In this document: positions 25,962 through 40,843 of the stretch, piece after piece
Layout of the letters: each line of letters begins with the position of its first letter
Position numbering within the stretch: the first letter of the stretch is position 1
NCBI GenBank assembly: GCA_904063045.1
Contig: CAJFCJ010000014.1
Span: 868,001-932,000, forward strand
DNA: 64,000 nt
Source: Dimorphilus gyrociliatus
Lineage: Eukaryota > Animalia > Annelida
Direction: 5' to 3'
Translations under genes and position numbers: made by a program
The notes under the pieces: model-generated
What the model saw: only the letters and a program-made list of their open reading frames with translations
Told to the model about the DNA's origin: nothing
Databases searched by the model: none

Positions 25962-26600
25962 TTAAATATGTATACAATGCATAGAACATTTATATGATTG
26001 TTAACATCGTTCACAGCTCCGCACATTGAAACATCCCTAAAGTCAAGTAAAACTATGAGCGTAGATCTGGAAAGTGGTGAACCTTCTTTGAAAAGGGCTA
26101 ACTTAAAACAACCTCAAAGTGATAATCTACGTATTTTCTTAGTCTGGACAGAGTGCCTCGAAGATTGTGATTATTTCCCGGCGGCAGATTTTATTCAAAC
26201 AACTAAAACTGGCTTAGAACCGACGTCTGGTGGAAGTATGAAAGCAACATCCGCCTCAGATGTCTACGCAAAGCAAGTTGGAGAGACAGCCGTATTTATT
26301 ATTTTCGTTCATCCCTTAACTTCCGGTTTATTCCGGATACACCTGTCAAACCCCAATAGAGGTAATGAAAAGTGGTTTGGAACACCTCTGGTTGATGGCA
26401 TGGTTGTAAATAGAAGAGTTTTGGGTGTGTTGATAAGACAAACTGTTTTGAACGCCTGCAGGAAAAAGAGAATTGATTCTGATTCAAAACAATATTCAGC
26501 AGTAGCTAGAAAATATAAATTAAAGGATATTCTAGATAGATTCCGATGTTCAACAACAAAAGCGGAATTATATACGTCTCTTTTTCAAGATAGTCAATAG
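15734..26600 (+). CDS. RALGAPB: Ral GTPase-activating protein subunit beta
   Basis: Multi-exon gene with family-typical segments: MYHGWSSV...[133 protein letters not shown]. Stop TAG at 26598-26600. Confidence 0.95.
18165..19630. repeat. Cluster of (TA)n and compound (CA)n(TA)n microsatellites in a long RALGAPB intron
   Basis: Tracts at about 18165-18261, 18551-18625 and 19589-19630; further RALGAPB intronic tracts at 21714-21748, 25463-25530 and 25917-25953. Confidence 0.95.
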
Positions 26601-27194
26601 AGGAATACGCAAACATTTCTCCAAGGAATATCTTCATTACAAACAATGAAAACAATTCAGATTCATATTTTTTTCGAGTGTTCAATCGAAATGCTTATGA
26701 GAAATCAATTTTTGCAGTGAATTTCGGTTTTTCCGAAATAGTAGTGTTTAAGCATATAATTGAGCAATTATTTTTTTTTTCAATAAATTTTTTCATACGA
26801 GTAAACCAACTTTAGAATGAGTTGGAATTATATGGAAAAAATCTTTTATAAGCTTCTAATTGTTGTCTATAGGAAATCAGAGATCTTGCTCTTTGACAGT
26901 TTCAAGTGTCACTTTGCAACGGACTATTATGGGCTGAAAGCAGCTTTAGGGTTATTATAGAGAAAGGTGGTAATTTTCTAGAGCGGGAATAAATGAAATA
27001 AAATATATTCGAATATTTTTAGTTCTTTTACGGTGTCCGAGAATATACGCACGCGCACAGGAAGTATGTTATATCGTCGATATCGATATTCAGTATCGTG
27101 CGCCTGTTTAGAATAGACGATTCTGCCAGAGTTAAATAGTAATCACTAATTTTTGTTAATTATAAAAGCTTCTTTGTTAAATATATCATTTATA

Positions 27195-28647
<1,453 letters not shown>

Positions 28648-28766
28648 ACATTCAATAAAGTTTTGTATAGTTTGCACAAGTGTATTCATTGTATGTATAT
28701 CAAAATTATCGGTTTAAGGAAATGTTTATTTTTCATTTGTAAAAGAAACAAAGTTTGGTAAATTTG

Positions 28767-31368
28767 TTAATTAAACAGCTCGCTAACTTTTTGGCTGGCA
28801 CTATCATTATCCAAGTATTGCTGCAATTAAATTCAAGCCATTTAATAAGTTAGAGATTGATGATATATTTACCTGTTTGGAGGTCCCTACAGTTGACAGA
28901 TCTTCAATAGTTTTTACAGTATGCTTGACCATATCTGATAGACCTATTACTTCAGGTAGTACATAATTCTTCCCCTACAACACACCTAATAAAGATAGTT
29001 CGAATGAATGTGAATTACTTACTTTGACTACTTTTTTGCGACGCTTTTCAATATCTCGAACCAAACTAGCAGATTTGACTGTAAATAGATCTCCATCAAC
29101 ATTCTGTAAATCATCATTTTCGGGCACATATTTACACTGAAAAAATCGCAAAATATTTTGAACTTTCCGATCAGAATATGATTATATGCATACATTGTTC
29201 GGAACTCTCTTTTTCGACAACCACTTATTAGTGGATTCAAGCATTTTAAATTTTCCTATATCATCATTTTGGACAATTTCCGTCCTCTTTTCACTTTTTG
29301 TGTCAATAATTCGTTCGACTTTTTTTACTTTTCTAGGGGGAGAGACAACCTTTGATTCCTGTCGCTGTATTGGAGAAGGCCATGGTATGGAGGACTGAAC
29401 AATATCTGATTCAGTGCTATTCTCTTCGTTTTCGTCAAAGTGTCTTTTACTACTTCTTCTGCTTTGAGTAGCATCCTTCTCTGTATTTATATCACTATCC
29501 TTGAATACACTGATACTTGATTTAGTAGATTCAAAGGTATTCTCCAATTTTATTGAGGCCGTATCGCTGGATATCCTAAATAATGCAATAACATGAATAA
29601 TTCAAGATACGAATAATTCAATGGCGTTACAAACCTTGAACGTTTACTGATAGTCTCTTCAAAAGATTCAGAAGGTCTGTAACATGAATAGATATTGTGA
29701 ATTTACTTACTCGGTTATTCAACAAAGTTACCTTTTTCTAGTGGGAGGAGAGCCGGTTGATGAAGATTTTGTATTAACAAATACGCTACATATCAATGAA
29801 AAATAAAAAAAGTAATTTAAAAAAATCAAACGTTACAGACTTAAATTGTGATTGTTCCGAATTTGTCTGCAATTGAGATTCTATAAAAGTTCAGAACCAT
29901 TAAGACAAAATAAGATTAAGAATATAGTTATTGCATACGCGCTGGTAAGTTAGGATCGCAGTATCCCATGGGATCACACTTTATCATAGCCATTGCTACA
30001 TCACTATCTGTTATAAATCGTTTTCCCAAGCTGTAAGTATATAATTATTATTAGTCTATATACAGAAAATATATCTGTAAATAAAAAAATACTCATTCAA
30101 TTTCTTTCTGATAAGGGGATACATATTCTTTACTGCAGTCGACTCTATTTTGCTTACATCAACTCCAAGTACGCATGTTTTAGGCTTTTCAATTTCTTGA
30201 CAAAGTAATTTAGCATCGTTCTCCGATTCAACTATTACAACTTTAGCGTCTAACTCTTTTAAAGCATTGGCTAGTAATGATTTCTATTAAAAAAAAAGAA
30301 CAAGTCATTCGTAGATTTTAAAAGATACTGTGTTTACTTTTTTTAAAAACCTACTTGATTTTTACTCATTAGAAAAAATTTCCATCCCCTTAATAGGTTA
30401 TTTCTCTTCAAATTTTCACTACAATCTACTGGCTTAACCCCCATTTCCTGTAAATTCACTGCTACAAACTTAGGTAGATGCCTGAATTTACAAGTAGAGC
30501 TTAAAGACTCTTCGAGAATATAAAAATTTCGTATCTTACTCTCTAGGATCAGGAGATTCGCTATTTTTTAAGTGAAAATCTTGCATCAATTTTGTAATAA
30601 AACTTCTTTGTACAATAGGTTTTCCAGATGCCAACGCACAGACAACCTTAACAAATATATTAGTTATTAGCTTATTAGATTTTAAATCATTTCTCACCTT
30701 TTTCGTTAGGATAATTTTGTTGCTTAAGCAATGAGTAACATCAGACGACCACTCATTTACCATATGACCTCCAAGAGTTAAAATATCATTTTCTACTATT
30801 CTTTTCTCTTCAAAATTTAATCCCGAAGGACAGATAACAAAAGGTTCATAAACAATTCTAGTATATTGAAGTAGGAACTTTAGAAATGCAGTTTTCAACC
30901 ACTATGGTATTACTCACTTATAACTTGATTTTCCAATCCAGAAAACTGTAGGCTCTGCAATATCTATTTCGCCGCCTTTAATAGTTTTGTTTTTAGGTTG
31001 AAACATTGTTCCTGAAGTGGATTTATCCATAAATTTTATTATGGGAAATATTTTAGAGTTATTCTAAAAATAATTGAAAAACATGTATTTATAGCATTGA
31101 TTTTACAATTAAACCAACTATTTCATTCCGGTTAAATTTAAGCGTTAATGTAGCATGCTCTCTACTCATAGCCTTATTTTCAGGAAATGATAGATCACAA
31201 TTCGGCGATCTTCCAAGTTTGTATTCTTTATTTGTGAAAAGATGATAACAAACTTTTTCTCCTGTTGAAAGATCAATTAATCAGTCATTTTTAAAGCTTT
31301 TCAAGACTTAATTTACCTTCGACATTCGATCTAGTATATTTATTTGGAAGGGAATGTATGCTCCACAT
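28767..31368 (-). CDS. NBN: Nibrin / NBS1 (FHA - tandem BRCT, MRN complex)
   Basis: Start MWSIHSLP; FHA (EYKLGRSPNCD...MSREHATL...DKSTSGTM); BRCT1 (YEPFVICPSGL...LGGHMVNEWSSDVTHCL...VVCALASGKPIV); C-terminal LPEVIGLSDMVKH and an ATM-binding-like tail KVSELFN*. Confidence 0.88.
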
Positions 31369-31701
31369 TGTTATTCGTTAAAAATATACTTTGCTCTTTC
31401 GAATGTTCTGCTCCCAGAAACCGGAAACGGAACTGAGTTTGGGAAATATCGAATTCACGTGAGATTATCGATAGTGAAAGAAGAAGTATGATTTTTTAAA
31501 ACCGGAAAATTAGTTCCCAAATAACGAAACTATCGAGTATAGGAACTGAAAGAAAAAATTCGTTTATCGATTTCATCTAGGCCTACTCTTATTTCTGCCA
31601 GCCTTCGAAAAATTGTATTCGACAGGAAACGGAAACTGCCTTTGTCCGCTACTCAAAAAGACTAGACCACAATTATTTGTTATGCTCAAATAACCTGAAA
31701 A
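31369..31701. promoter_or_regulatory. Putative bidirectional promoter NBN/TAF8
   Basis: 333 bp between divergent ATGs, with two copies of GGAAACGGAA (31423-31432 and 31625-31634). Confidence 0.7.
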
Positions 31702-32797
31702 ATGAGTTCCACAGAAAAAGACGACTATGATGTTGCAATTCAAAAAGCTCTTAAAGCCAGCATTGGTGCTATTTTGCAAATGATTGGATTTGAAGCAGCT
31801 AATCCGATTGCTCTGTCAACTTTAACTGAGATGCTTCGAAGTTGTAAGTAATTTTGTTCAAATTTTAACTTAATTGATTTACTTCTTGAAATAGGAAGTA
31901 ACATTCTAAATCATTCTGATTTAATGTGCATTTAAAAAATATTAATTTTTGTTAGACTTGACTGAGATCGGTAAACAGGCAAAAATGATATGCGAAGCTG
32001 CTAATAGAACTGAACCGATTATTTCTGATATAAGTCTTGCTCTTATTGAAATGGGTATGCTACTTCTTTGAATTTGTTACTCTCTTTAGTTCTATATTAT
32101 AAATCGATTAGGTAACGATATTACGAAAATAGAGGACTTTTCGAAACGGCCAATGAGATTAGTAAATTTCGATCGTAAGTAAATAAAAATTATTTATAAA
32201 AATATGCTAAATAAATAACTTGCTAATTAAGAGGCTACGTCTACAACAAAACCCCCAATGAAAACTTTAAGGGTTGGTCAACGTCCAGACATGCCTGGCT
32301 ATGTACCATCATATTTGCCAAGCTTTCCTGATCCCCATACTTATATGTCGAGGCAACCCGATCCTCCATCTCATGGTAATGAATGCAGTTTCACATTTAT
32401 AACTTTATTGAAGTATTATAATGATTGTTATTAGGCACTTATGCTGAACTCAGGGAAAAAGCAGCATCTCAAAAGCGAGACGTCGAGAGAGCTTTAACAA
32501 CTTTGATTGCAAAAACTGGTGAAACAGACCTCATTTTCGAAGATGATCCGCTAGCTTTTCCTTGTAATATTTTTATAATAGTAAAAGATATCTTTAATTA
32601 ATCTTTAAAATCTCCTTCTAGTGATAGCCAATGCTAAACAGCCGTTACCCTACATAGACGCCTTGTTACCGAAAGAGTATGATACCGTAACTTCTGAAGA
32701 AACAGGGACTGATGCTAATAGTGATAATCCTTACCTCCGACCAATTAAAATGCCTCAATTAAAGAAAAAAGGAAAAACTTTCATTCCTATTAAATGA
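31702..32797 (+). CDS. TAF8: TFIID subunit 8
   Basis: Histone-fold N-terminus (ALKASIGAILQMIGFE...TLTEMLRS...EIGKQAKMICEAANRTEP), then YVPSYLPSFPDPHTY, REKAASQKRDVERALTTLIAKTG and C-terminal DNPYLRPIKMP. Confidence 0.95.
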
Positions 32798-32894
32798 TTC
32801 AAAATTATGATCAAATTTTTTATATTTTGGGACTGTTGATAGAAAAAAACCGTTACATATCATATCTTGTGAAAAATAGCTTTTGTACATATTT

Positions 32895-34696
32895 TCAAGT
32901 TTCAAATTTGTATTTCTTAAGAAAATCCTCACTAAATGAACTGTTTTTAGGTAGTAAAATAAAAGCCGGAGTTCCATCCTCAACAAAGAATCTTTTGGAT
33001 AAAAAAATTGAATTTCTTATTAATCCGAAAAGAGAGAAACAAATATAATTTAAAACTAACTTTTTCATTTTCAAGGCTTCCAATAATTTCATCGACGGTC
33101 GAATTTTATACAATTTTCTTTCGTCCTTGTTTTCAAAAAAAATCTGGATTTGACGAAGAACATTTATTTTTTTGGTTATTGTAATTAAAAGAAGCAAATT
33201 ACTTTCCCTCTTTTGACAACTGACCTCTAAATTATTATATTTATACTTAAATTCAGTATCCCAAGGGGGTGGTTCGCAATCTTTAGCAAATATTACTTTT
33301 AAATGGTCAGCGAAACTATTTTCATAAATGAAAAAGGTAATTAGACTAATGCCATGTAATTAAAACTAATTTCTTACGAATCAGCTTCTTGGAACTCTTG
33401 TATAAAGTCAGTTTGACCATACTCTGGATATAAAAACATTACAGGCCAAACCATGCTACCATCTTCAGAAAGATAGACAGATACTCCGGAATGACAATTC
33501 TCCAAGTCGACTTTCTCTATTTGCTCTTCATTTGATAGATCAACAACATTTCCGTCCATGGTTAATCTTATGCCTCTTGTCTAAAATATTACATTTAGAG
33601 TTATCAGTTTTCATTATTACTATTATAAAAATAACTAACTTTTATAGCCGACATTAAGTCAGTCTTTTTCCTTAATAGTCTCTTTCTTTCGGCTATAGCT
33701 TTTCTCTCTTTTTTATTTTTCTCTATCTAAAATTGCTGCTTTTAACGACCCAGTAAAAATATTTCGAATATAATATAGTTACCAATTTTGTTTTGGCTTC
33801 TTCGTTGAGTTTTTGTATTTTTTCTTGCGATTCATCTAACTATAAAATTAATGATATGTTTCTTTAAAAAAACTACAAATACACATAATATATGTGCAAA
33901 AATGAGCTATTCTTACCAACAGGCCATATTTACACCATTCCATAGCGTCATCGAATCTAGATAACTTTATACAACACTCTGCTCCCTTTATTACAGCTTT
34001 CATGTGATCCTTCTTAAACTTACGTGCCAAGGAAGCATCTCGTAAAGCTGAACCGTAATTACCTTAAATAACATATATTTCCGTCTCTTAATGTTTGCCT
34101 AAAATAATAACTTAATAAGAAATAATTATTTTATACCTCGGTGATAATTAGCTGCTGCTCGATTTGAATATAAAATAGCATTTAAATCCTTGTCCGGACA
34201 TTTTTCTTCAATACCTGCCGTATAATTATCTATTGCCCATTTATACTTCTTGAGTTTAAAATGTCTATTTCCTTCTTCTTTATAACTTTCAGCATTTTCT
34301 ATAATAATTGCTAATTTAAAAAAGCACTAATTATTTCTATAGAGTTAAAACACCTCGAGTATCCTCTGTTTCATATTTTAAACTCATAAGAGCTTGAACG
34401 TACTCGTTGTCCACATCACTCGGCTTTATTTCTTTCATGAAGGCTGGATGTCTGTCTAGTTCCTGGAGAGAATAATATACATTTAATCTTTACTAATTCA
34501 TTATACATGCTTGCTTTAAGTAACTTACAGCTAAAAGTTCTTCGATAGGCTTATCTTCTAAAGCACTATTGCCTTTTGATGTTGCCAATTTTTTTTCTAG
34601 AAATTCATCAAAATCCTTATTAATTTGATCGATAAGTTCATTTCTCTCTTCATCCGTGTAATTTTGGGGTTTAGTTTGAGAATCTCCAGTTGCCAT
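32895..34696 (-). CDS. TTC4: Tetratricopeptide repeat protein 4 (Cns1 family Hsp70/90 co-chaperone)
   Basis: ELDRHPAFMKE; TPRs (AESYKEEGNRHFKLKKYKWAIDNYTAGI; LYSNRAAANYHRGNYGSALRD); C-terminal wheel domain (WPVMFLYPEYGQTDFIQEFQE; GTPAFILL). Confidence 0.93.
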
Positions 34697-35065
34697 TTTA
34701 AATACACTATAGGTTTAACGGAGACTCCTATCTTTTTACTTGATTCGTATTATCTCACGTGTGATGGGCGATAATTGAAATATATTAAAAATGCACCAGT
34801 TTTTAAACTATAGAACTACTACAAATTACATTCGAGAATTTTTTTTACCAAAACTTACTATGGTTTCGTATATTTAAGTACTAAAGAAAAGAGATCCAAA
34901 AAATAACCTCGAATCAACACTTTCTTTTTGTGTTTAGTCAGATTATTATGAAATAATTATTGCCTGTAATACTGTTTCATAGCAATGTAAAAAGGAAAAA
35001 GACTAGAAAATTTAGTAAAATATTGATGTATTTCATTCATTTTGATTAACTTTGTTGAATCGGCT

Positions 35066-35726
35066 TTAAGTACTTAAACTTTTGATTCCTGTTACTTCAT
35101 CAAGAAAAGAGATAAATAGTTCAGGATTTCCCGGTATATATGGTTTCAAATCACTTAAATTGATTGTAGATAAATATTCAGCAAGGTTTTGGCAGTTTGT
35201 ATAATAACAAAATCCTTCTTTTTGCAGTTGATCTGCTAATTCTAATTGATGGTTATTCATGAGATTATCATTAACGACAACAAGTAAATGCTTTTTAGCA
35301 GTTAAAACTTCAAGAGATGTTCCAGCTCCTAAAAGATAATTTAATATCAGTAAAAGTTAGGCTTATTATATAAAGAAACAGCTACGTCTTAGGATGAGGC
35401 GGATGATATTTGAAAATAAGAATTATATTTACTCACCAGCGTGACTTATCACTAGATCAGCTTTGTTAATATCTTCTATAATTTTATTTTTATATTTGTA
35501 GTATTCTACATCAAGTATTTTTGAAGTTGTATCAGGTATAAAGGTACCTCGACCAATTTGGAGGAGAAGTTTTTTGAACCCTCGCTTTTTAAGCGCCTGT
35601 AGCAATAACGTATATAAATATTATAATTTATATAATTGTATAAGTTACCTTTAAGCATTGATCACTGCATACTTCTCTTATTAAATCATTAAAAGAAGTC
35701 GTGCCTACTGTTACGAAAGCCAACAT
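35066..35726 (-). CDS. ALG13: UDP-GlcNAc transferase subunit ALG13 (short, glycosyltransferase-only form)
   Basis: MLAFVTVGTTSFNDLI...LLLQIGRG...ADLVISHAGAGTSLEVL...LLVVVNDNLMNNHQLELADQL, the GT28 C-terminal signature. Confidence 0.96.
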
Positions 35727-35947
35727 AGCTAATAGAAAACGGGTTGTTGAAAATGAATATTTTACTTATATTTCAAAAAAATACTAAGGTCGATAGAATA
35801 CAGAATGTTTGCTACGGTAAACATTCCCGCTAAAAGTATCAAAAATAACTTATTGCATTTAAATAGAAGCAGAACAAGTAATCCAAATTAGTAAAGATTG
35901 GTAATAAAAAATTAAATCAAAGTTTTCACAACCATCTGTAATAAACA
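35727..35947. promoter_or_regulatory. Putative bidirectional promoter ALG13/POLG
   Basis: 221 bp between divergent ATGs; no specific motif recognised. Confidence 0.6.
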
Positions 35948-38900
35948 ATGTTTTCACGCTATTGCAAACGAATAGCAAGATGCAATCGTCTTGGATTATG
36001 CCAGAGATATATTTATATTAGTCATACGAACCAAACGGATAAACGATATAATGAAATAGGCATTCAAATGCTTTCGGAAAATCTTTATAAGCAAATCTTT
36101 AAGAAGGAAAAAAGTAAAAAAAATATTAATATTGAAGCAATCAATAAACATTTAAAAGCACATGATTTGCATAATAAAAGTACTGATGTACTTGAAGATG
36201 TAGATTTGGTATTACCCAACCTTCGAGGAGAAAATCTTGATGAACACTTTAGAAATATAGCTTTAGATATATCTAAACCATATTTCGACATTGCCGAGAG
36301 ACTGCTCACTTGCGATATTCCCAACAAACCAAAACATTGGGAATATAGGGCTGGCTGGACAAAGTATACATCTACTGGATGGGAAAGTGTGGAATTTCCA
36401 GACGAAGAAGGATTAATAGTCGACGTAGAAGTTGCAGTCGTTCATGGAAATACTCCAGTAATAGCTACAGCAGTTTCCCCAACGGCATGGTATGTGTTAA
36501 AGACTCTGCCAATTTATATTACTATTGGTCTAACTAGATTCTCCACTAAATAATCTTCTTCTTTCCTAGGTATTCTTGGTGTAGTAAATATCTCGTTGAT
36601 AAAGATTGTGTTGAAACTAAACTTTCATTGAACCATTTAATTCCTATGGAATCATCTCCTTCCGATTTAGATCCATTCAAGAACTTTAAACCTCGTCTAT
36701 TTATTGGTCATAATTGCAGTTACGACCGATCATTTATGAGGGAACAGTATTTTCTCCAAGTAATATCATTATAACTCTTTTTTTTACCATTAAAATTCTA
36801 CTTTTATATTACATTATACTCTCCTGTAGCCGTCCAAATCCCGGTTTTTGGATACTATGTCTCTCCATATTGCAATTTCTGGCTTAACTAGTCTACAAAG
36901 AACACTATTTATCGCTAAGAAGAGTGATAGCAAAAGGAAAGAGGTTTTAGAGTATGAACAAAGTATGCATCAGAGAAGATCTTTGCCGGTTAGTTATAAT
37001 ATAAAGGATTCATTCTTTTTTATCAAGGATAGTCATTTTATTTATTTTTTCTGATAGAATTTTCAATGGATTAAAGAATCATCTTTAAATAACTTAAGCG
37101 ATGTTTATCGTCTACACTGCGGGGGTGACGCTTTGAAAAAATCAGACAGAGATATATTCGTTAAAGGAAGTCTGCAGGAAATAAGAGATCAATTCCAGGT
37201 AAAGTTAACTTAAAGAAGTAATTGCTTATCTTACATGCATGTAAAATGAATACGAATACTTTAATTATCAAAGGAACTTACTTCTTACTGTTGTGAAGAT
37301 GTTTTGGCAACAGCAAAAGTATATAGAGCTCTTTGGCCTCAATTTAAAAACAGGTAAACTATCGGATGAATATGAATTTTTCATTTCATTTCATCTATTA
37401 TATTAGATTTCCTCATCCTGTGACATTTGCTGGTATGCTTGAAATGGGATCGGCATATTTACCTATTAACGAAAACTGGCATAAATACATACTTAATTCT
37501 GAGAAGGCTTATAATTCGTTAAATGGTAAAGTACTAGAAATCCTGATGGATGAAGCAGATAATGCTCTTAAACTAACCCAGGAAAAGTATAATTACTGTC
37601 CTAATAGTTATATTCATATTAAAAATGAATATAAAATATACCTATATTCAATAGATATACAAATGATCCTTGGCTACACGATTTAAATTGGACTGTAAAG
37701 GTTGTAGATGAGAAAAAAGTTAATCTTAAATACAAAGAAATGATTAAGGAAATGTCATCTCGAGATCGTGCTGAAAAAACTAGAATTGCAATGAAATATT
37801 CTCCCTTATTACCCAAGAGATGTGTTCATATGGTTGGATATCCTGAGTAAATAATCATTTTCGAAATCAATGAAGAAGAATACGGATTTAATATACGTAC
37901 TTATTCCTTTTTAGATGGTATAGAGAACTTTGTCCGAAACATTATGAAGTCTCTATTCAAAAACCTTGGGGTCCTTCTAACATAAGTACACTTAGGAGAA
38001 TAACACCAAAGCTACTTAGACTGACTTGGGATGGATTCCCTCTGCATTATAGGTTTTACGACAAGTTTTCCTCATCATAACCGTTTGTCTAATTCAATAT
38101 CTTCTTTTACATATAGTTCATCTCACGGATGGGGATACCTAGTGCCAAAGGAAGAGTTTTTACTTGGCGAGTCATTAGAAGGAGAGATTTTAGAGGACGA
38201 ATGTCACTTTCCATCTATGTAAGGCATTGTATATAATTGACCTATTTACCGGCTAACAACAACAATATCTATTATTCAGATCAGCGCTTGAAATTTGCAA
38301 AGAAACGATGAAATTTTCTCCCGATTCGAAATTAAACTATGAAGAGAAAATGATTGATATTTTATCTAAAATAGAGAATGCAGAAGATCCGAAAGAAAAG
38401 AATAAACTTTGGCAAGAATTAAAAAAACACGACATGAAAGAAAAGAATAAACGCCGCAAACAGGTTTTCCGCTCTTTTTTCCATTGTACTCAACAATTGT
38501 ACAGTTGTGTTCTACTCAGAGAGGATCGAATAGAATGCCCTTTTATCATCAAGGAAACGGACCCCATACGGACGTAGAAATACCAGGGTTTTATTTCTTT
38601 AAGCTACCACATAAAGATGGTCCGGATGCCAATTGTGGTAACCCTCTTTCGAAGGATTATATACCGAAATTCGAAGAAGGAATTTTACGTTCTTATAGCG
38701 GTGGAAAAGCCGATAGAATTATGCTATTTAGTCAAATGTGCTCATATTGGAAAATGAATAGAGAACGAATAATGTAAAAGGAATATTACAGTCAATTTAA
38801 AACGTTAACAACTAATATATTCCCTTATTGGTCCATAGGCAACAAATATGTATAAGTCTACCGAAAGAAACCCTACCTGGCTATTTGAACAAGTTGTTTT

Positions 38901-40391
38901 TCAATTTATTTTCTCTTTTTGTGTTAAAATTTCTTTCTATCATTTAGTAAAGACAGCTTTATAAACAATGAATACATTGGGGCCATAATTCCAAGAGTTG
39001 TTACTGCTGGCACTGTTACAAGACGGGCAGTCGAATCAACTTGGTTAACGGCTAGTAACGCCTACGTAAGATACTTTAGTGGATGTTTATCAATTAATGC
39101 TTTATAATTCTTATCTTCATATAGCAAGATCGAGTAGGAAGTGAATTAAAGGCAATGATTCAATGTCCAGGCGGTTATCATTTCGTTGGTGCTGACGTCG
39201 ACTCTCAAGAATTATGGATTGCTAGTTTATTAGGTGACGCTCATTTCCAAGGTATTCACGGTTGTACAGCCTTGGCCTGGATGACGTTGCAAGGTAAAAA
39301 ATCTGACGGAACTGATATGCATAGTAAAACCGCCCAACTAGTAGGAATATCAAGAGACCAGGCCAAAGTAAATTGATTAAAACAATATTGACCAATCTTT
39401 ATTTCTTAAAAAAAAATTTGTAAACTTTCTATCCAGGTTTTTAACTATGGACGTATTTACGGTGCAGGCAAAACCTTTGCAGAAAGACTATTAAGACAAT
39501 TTAACCATAGGCTTACAAAAGAAGAAGCTAGTAAGAAAGCATCAGTAATGTACGCGGCAACAAAGGGTAAAAAGTTGAAAATGTAAGGGAATATTACATT
39601 TTATTATTTGATTAAATATAACCTATATATCCCTTACTTTGAAGCAAAGACCTTGATGAAGATGGTAATATGCGTACTGTCGTTGAGAAATGGGAAGGAG
39701 GAAGGTTTACTATATTTTTCTTTGTTCATTCTTTTTTTTAAAAAATCCAATGGATTTTTTTATTTGTAGCGAATCGGAAATGTTTAACAAGCTTGAATTG
39801 ATTGCTTGTTCAAGTAAGCCGATAACGCCTGTGTTATCTTGCGCTATTACGAAATCTTTAGAACCAGCTAATGTTGTTTCAGATGTGAGAAAATATTCAT
39901 TTCCCTCATATTTTTTTATTACTAATATATTTTATATAAATTATTCATTTTTACAACAGTTTATGACGTCACGAATAAATTGGGTTGTACAGAGTTCTGC
40001 AGTTGATTATCTACATTTGATGTTAGTTTCAATGAAGTGGTTATTCGAAAAATATGATATCAAAGGAAGATTCTCTATAAGTATACACGACGAAGTTCGT
40101 TATTTAGTAGAATCTGAGAGCCGTTATAGAGCAGCTTTAGCTTTACAAATTACAAACTTGTTAGTTCGTTGTATGTTTGCCGAGAAAGTGGGAATGAACG
40201 ATCTGCCGCAGTCAATAGCGTTTTTTAGTAGCGTTGATATTGATAAATGTTTGAGAAAGGAAGTTCATTACGATTGTGAAACACCATCGAATCCTTATGG
40301 GTTGAAAAAGGGTTATAACATAGACGAAGGAGAAACTTTAACGATTTACGAACTCTTATCGAAGACCGAATCCCTTAATAATCATACTTAA
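35948..40391 (+). CDS. POLG: Mitochondrial DNA polymerase gamma catalytic subunit
   Basis: N-terminal presequence-like segment; Exo I (IVDVEV), Exo II (GHNCSYDRS), Exo III (YCCEDVLAT); Pol A ([13 protein letters not shown]), Pol B ([17 protein letters not shown]), Pol C (ISIHDEVRY). All catalytic residues are present. Confidence 0.98.
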
Positions 40392-40843
40392 ATACGTTTG
40401 AAAAATGAATTGCTGCTAAATTTCTATATTATTTTGTTTGTTTGTAAAATACATAAAAATTTTGTTCGAATAGAATAAAGTTCCTTAAGATTTTCAATAC
40501 TGACTAGGGTATTAGTATGAGCCTACCTTTAAGACCTTCTACCAGGTTATCTTTTGAGTGGTTCAAGCCCCTTCCCCCTTTCTTTTCCAAATATTCTATA
40601 AGAATATTAAATTTTAAAGAGTTAAGACGGGGAACCTCTCGCTAAATATTTTAAGTTTCTATTTAATTTTCGTCTATTTTTCAGTAGATTTAACATTGGA
40701 TTATCGACAATTTTATTATTATATACAAACTTATAATCGTTTATGAAGAAAGAAATTAACAGTTCAGGATTATCAGATATCTACCTTTGAATTTCCGTAT
40801 TAGAAATAACGTAATATGAAAGGCGTAGAAGAAAAGTATCAAA

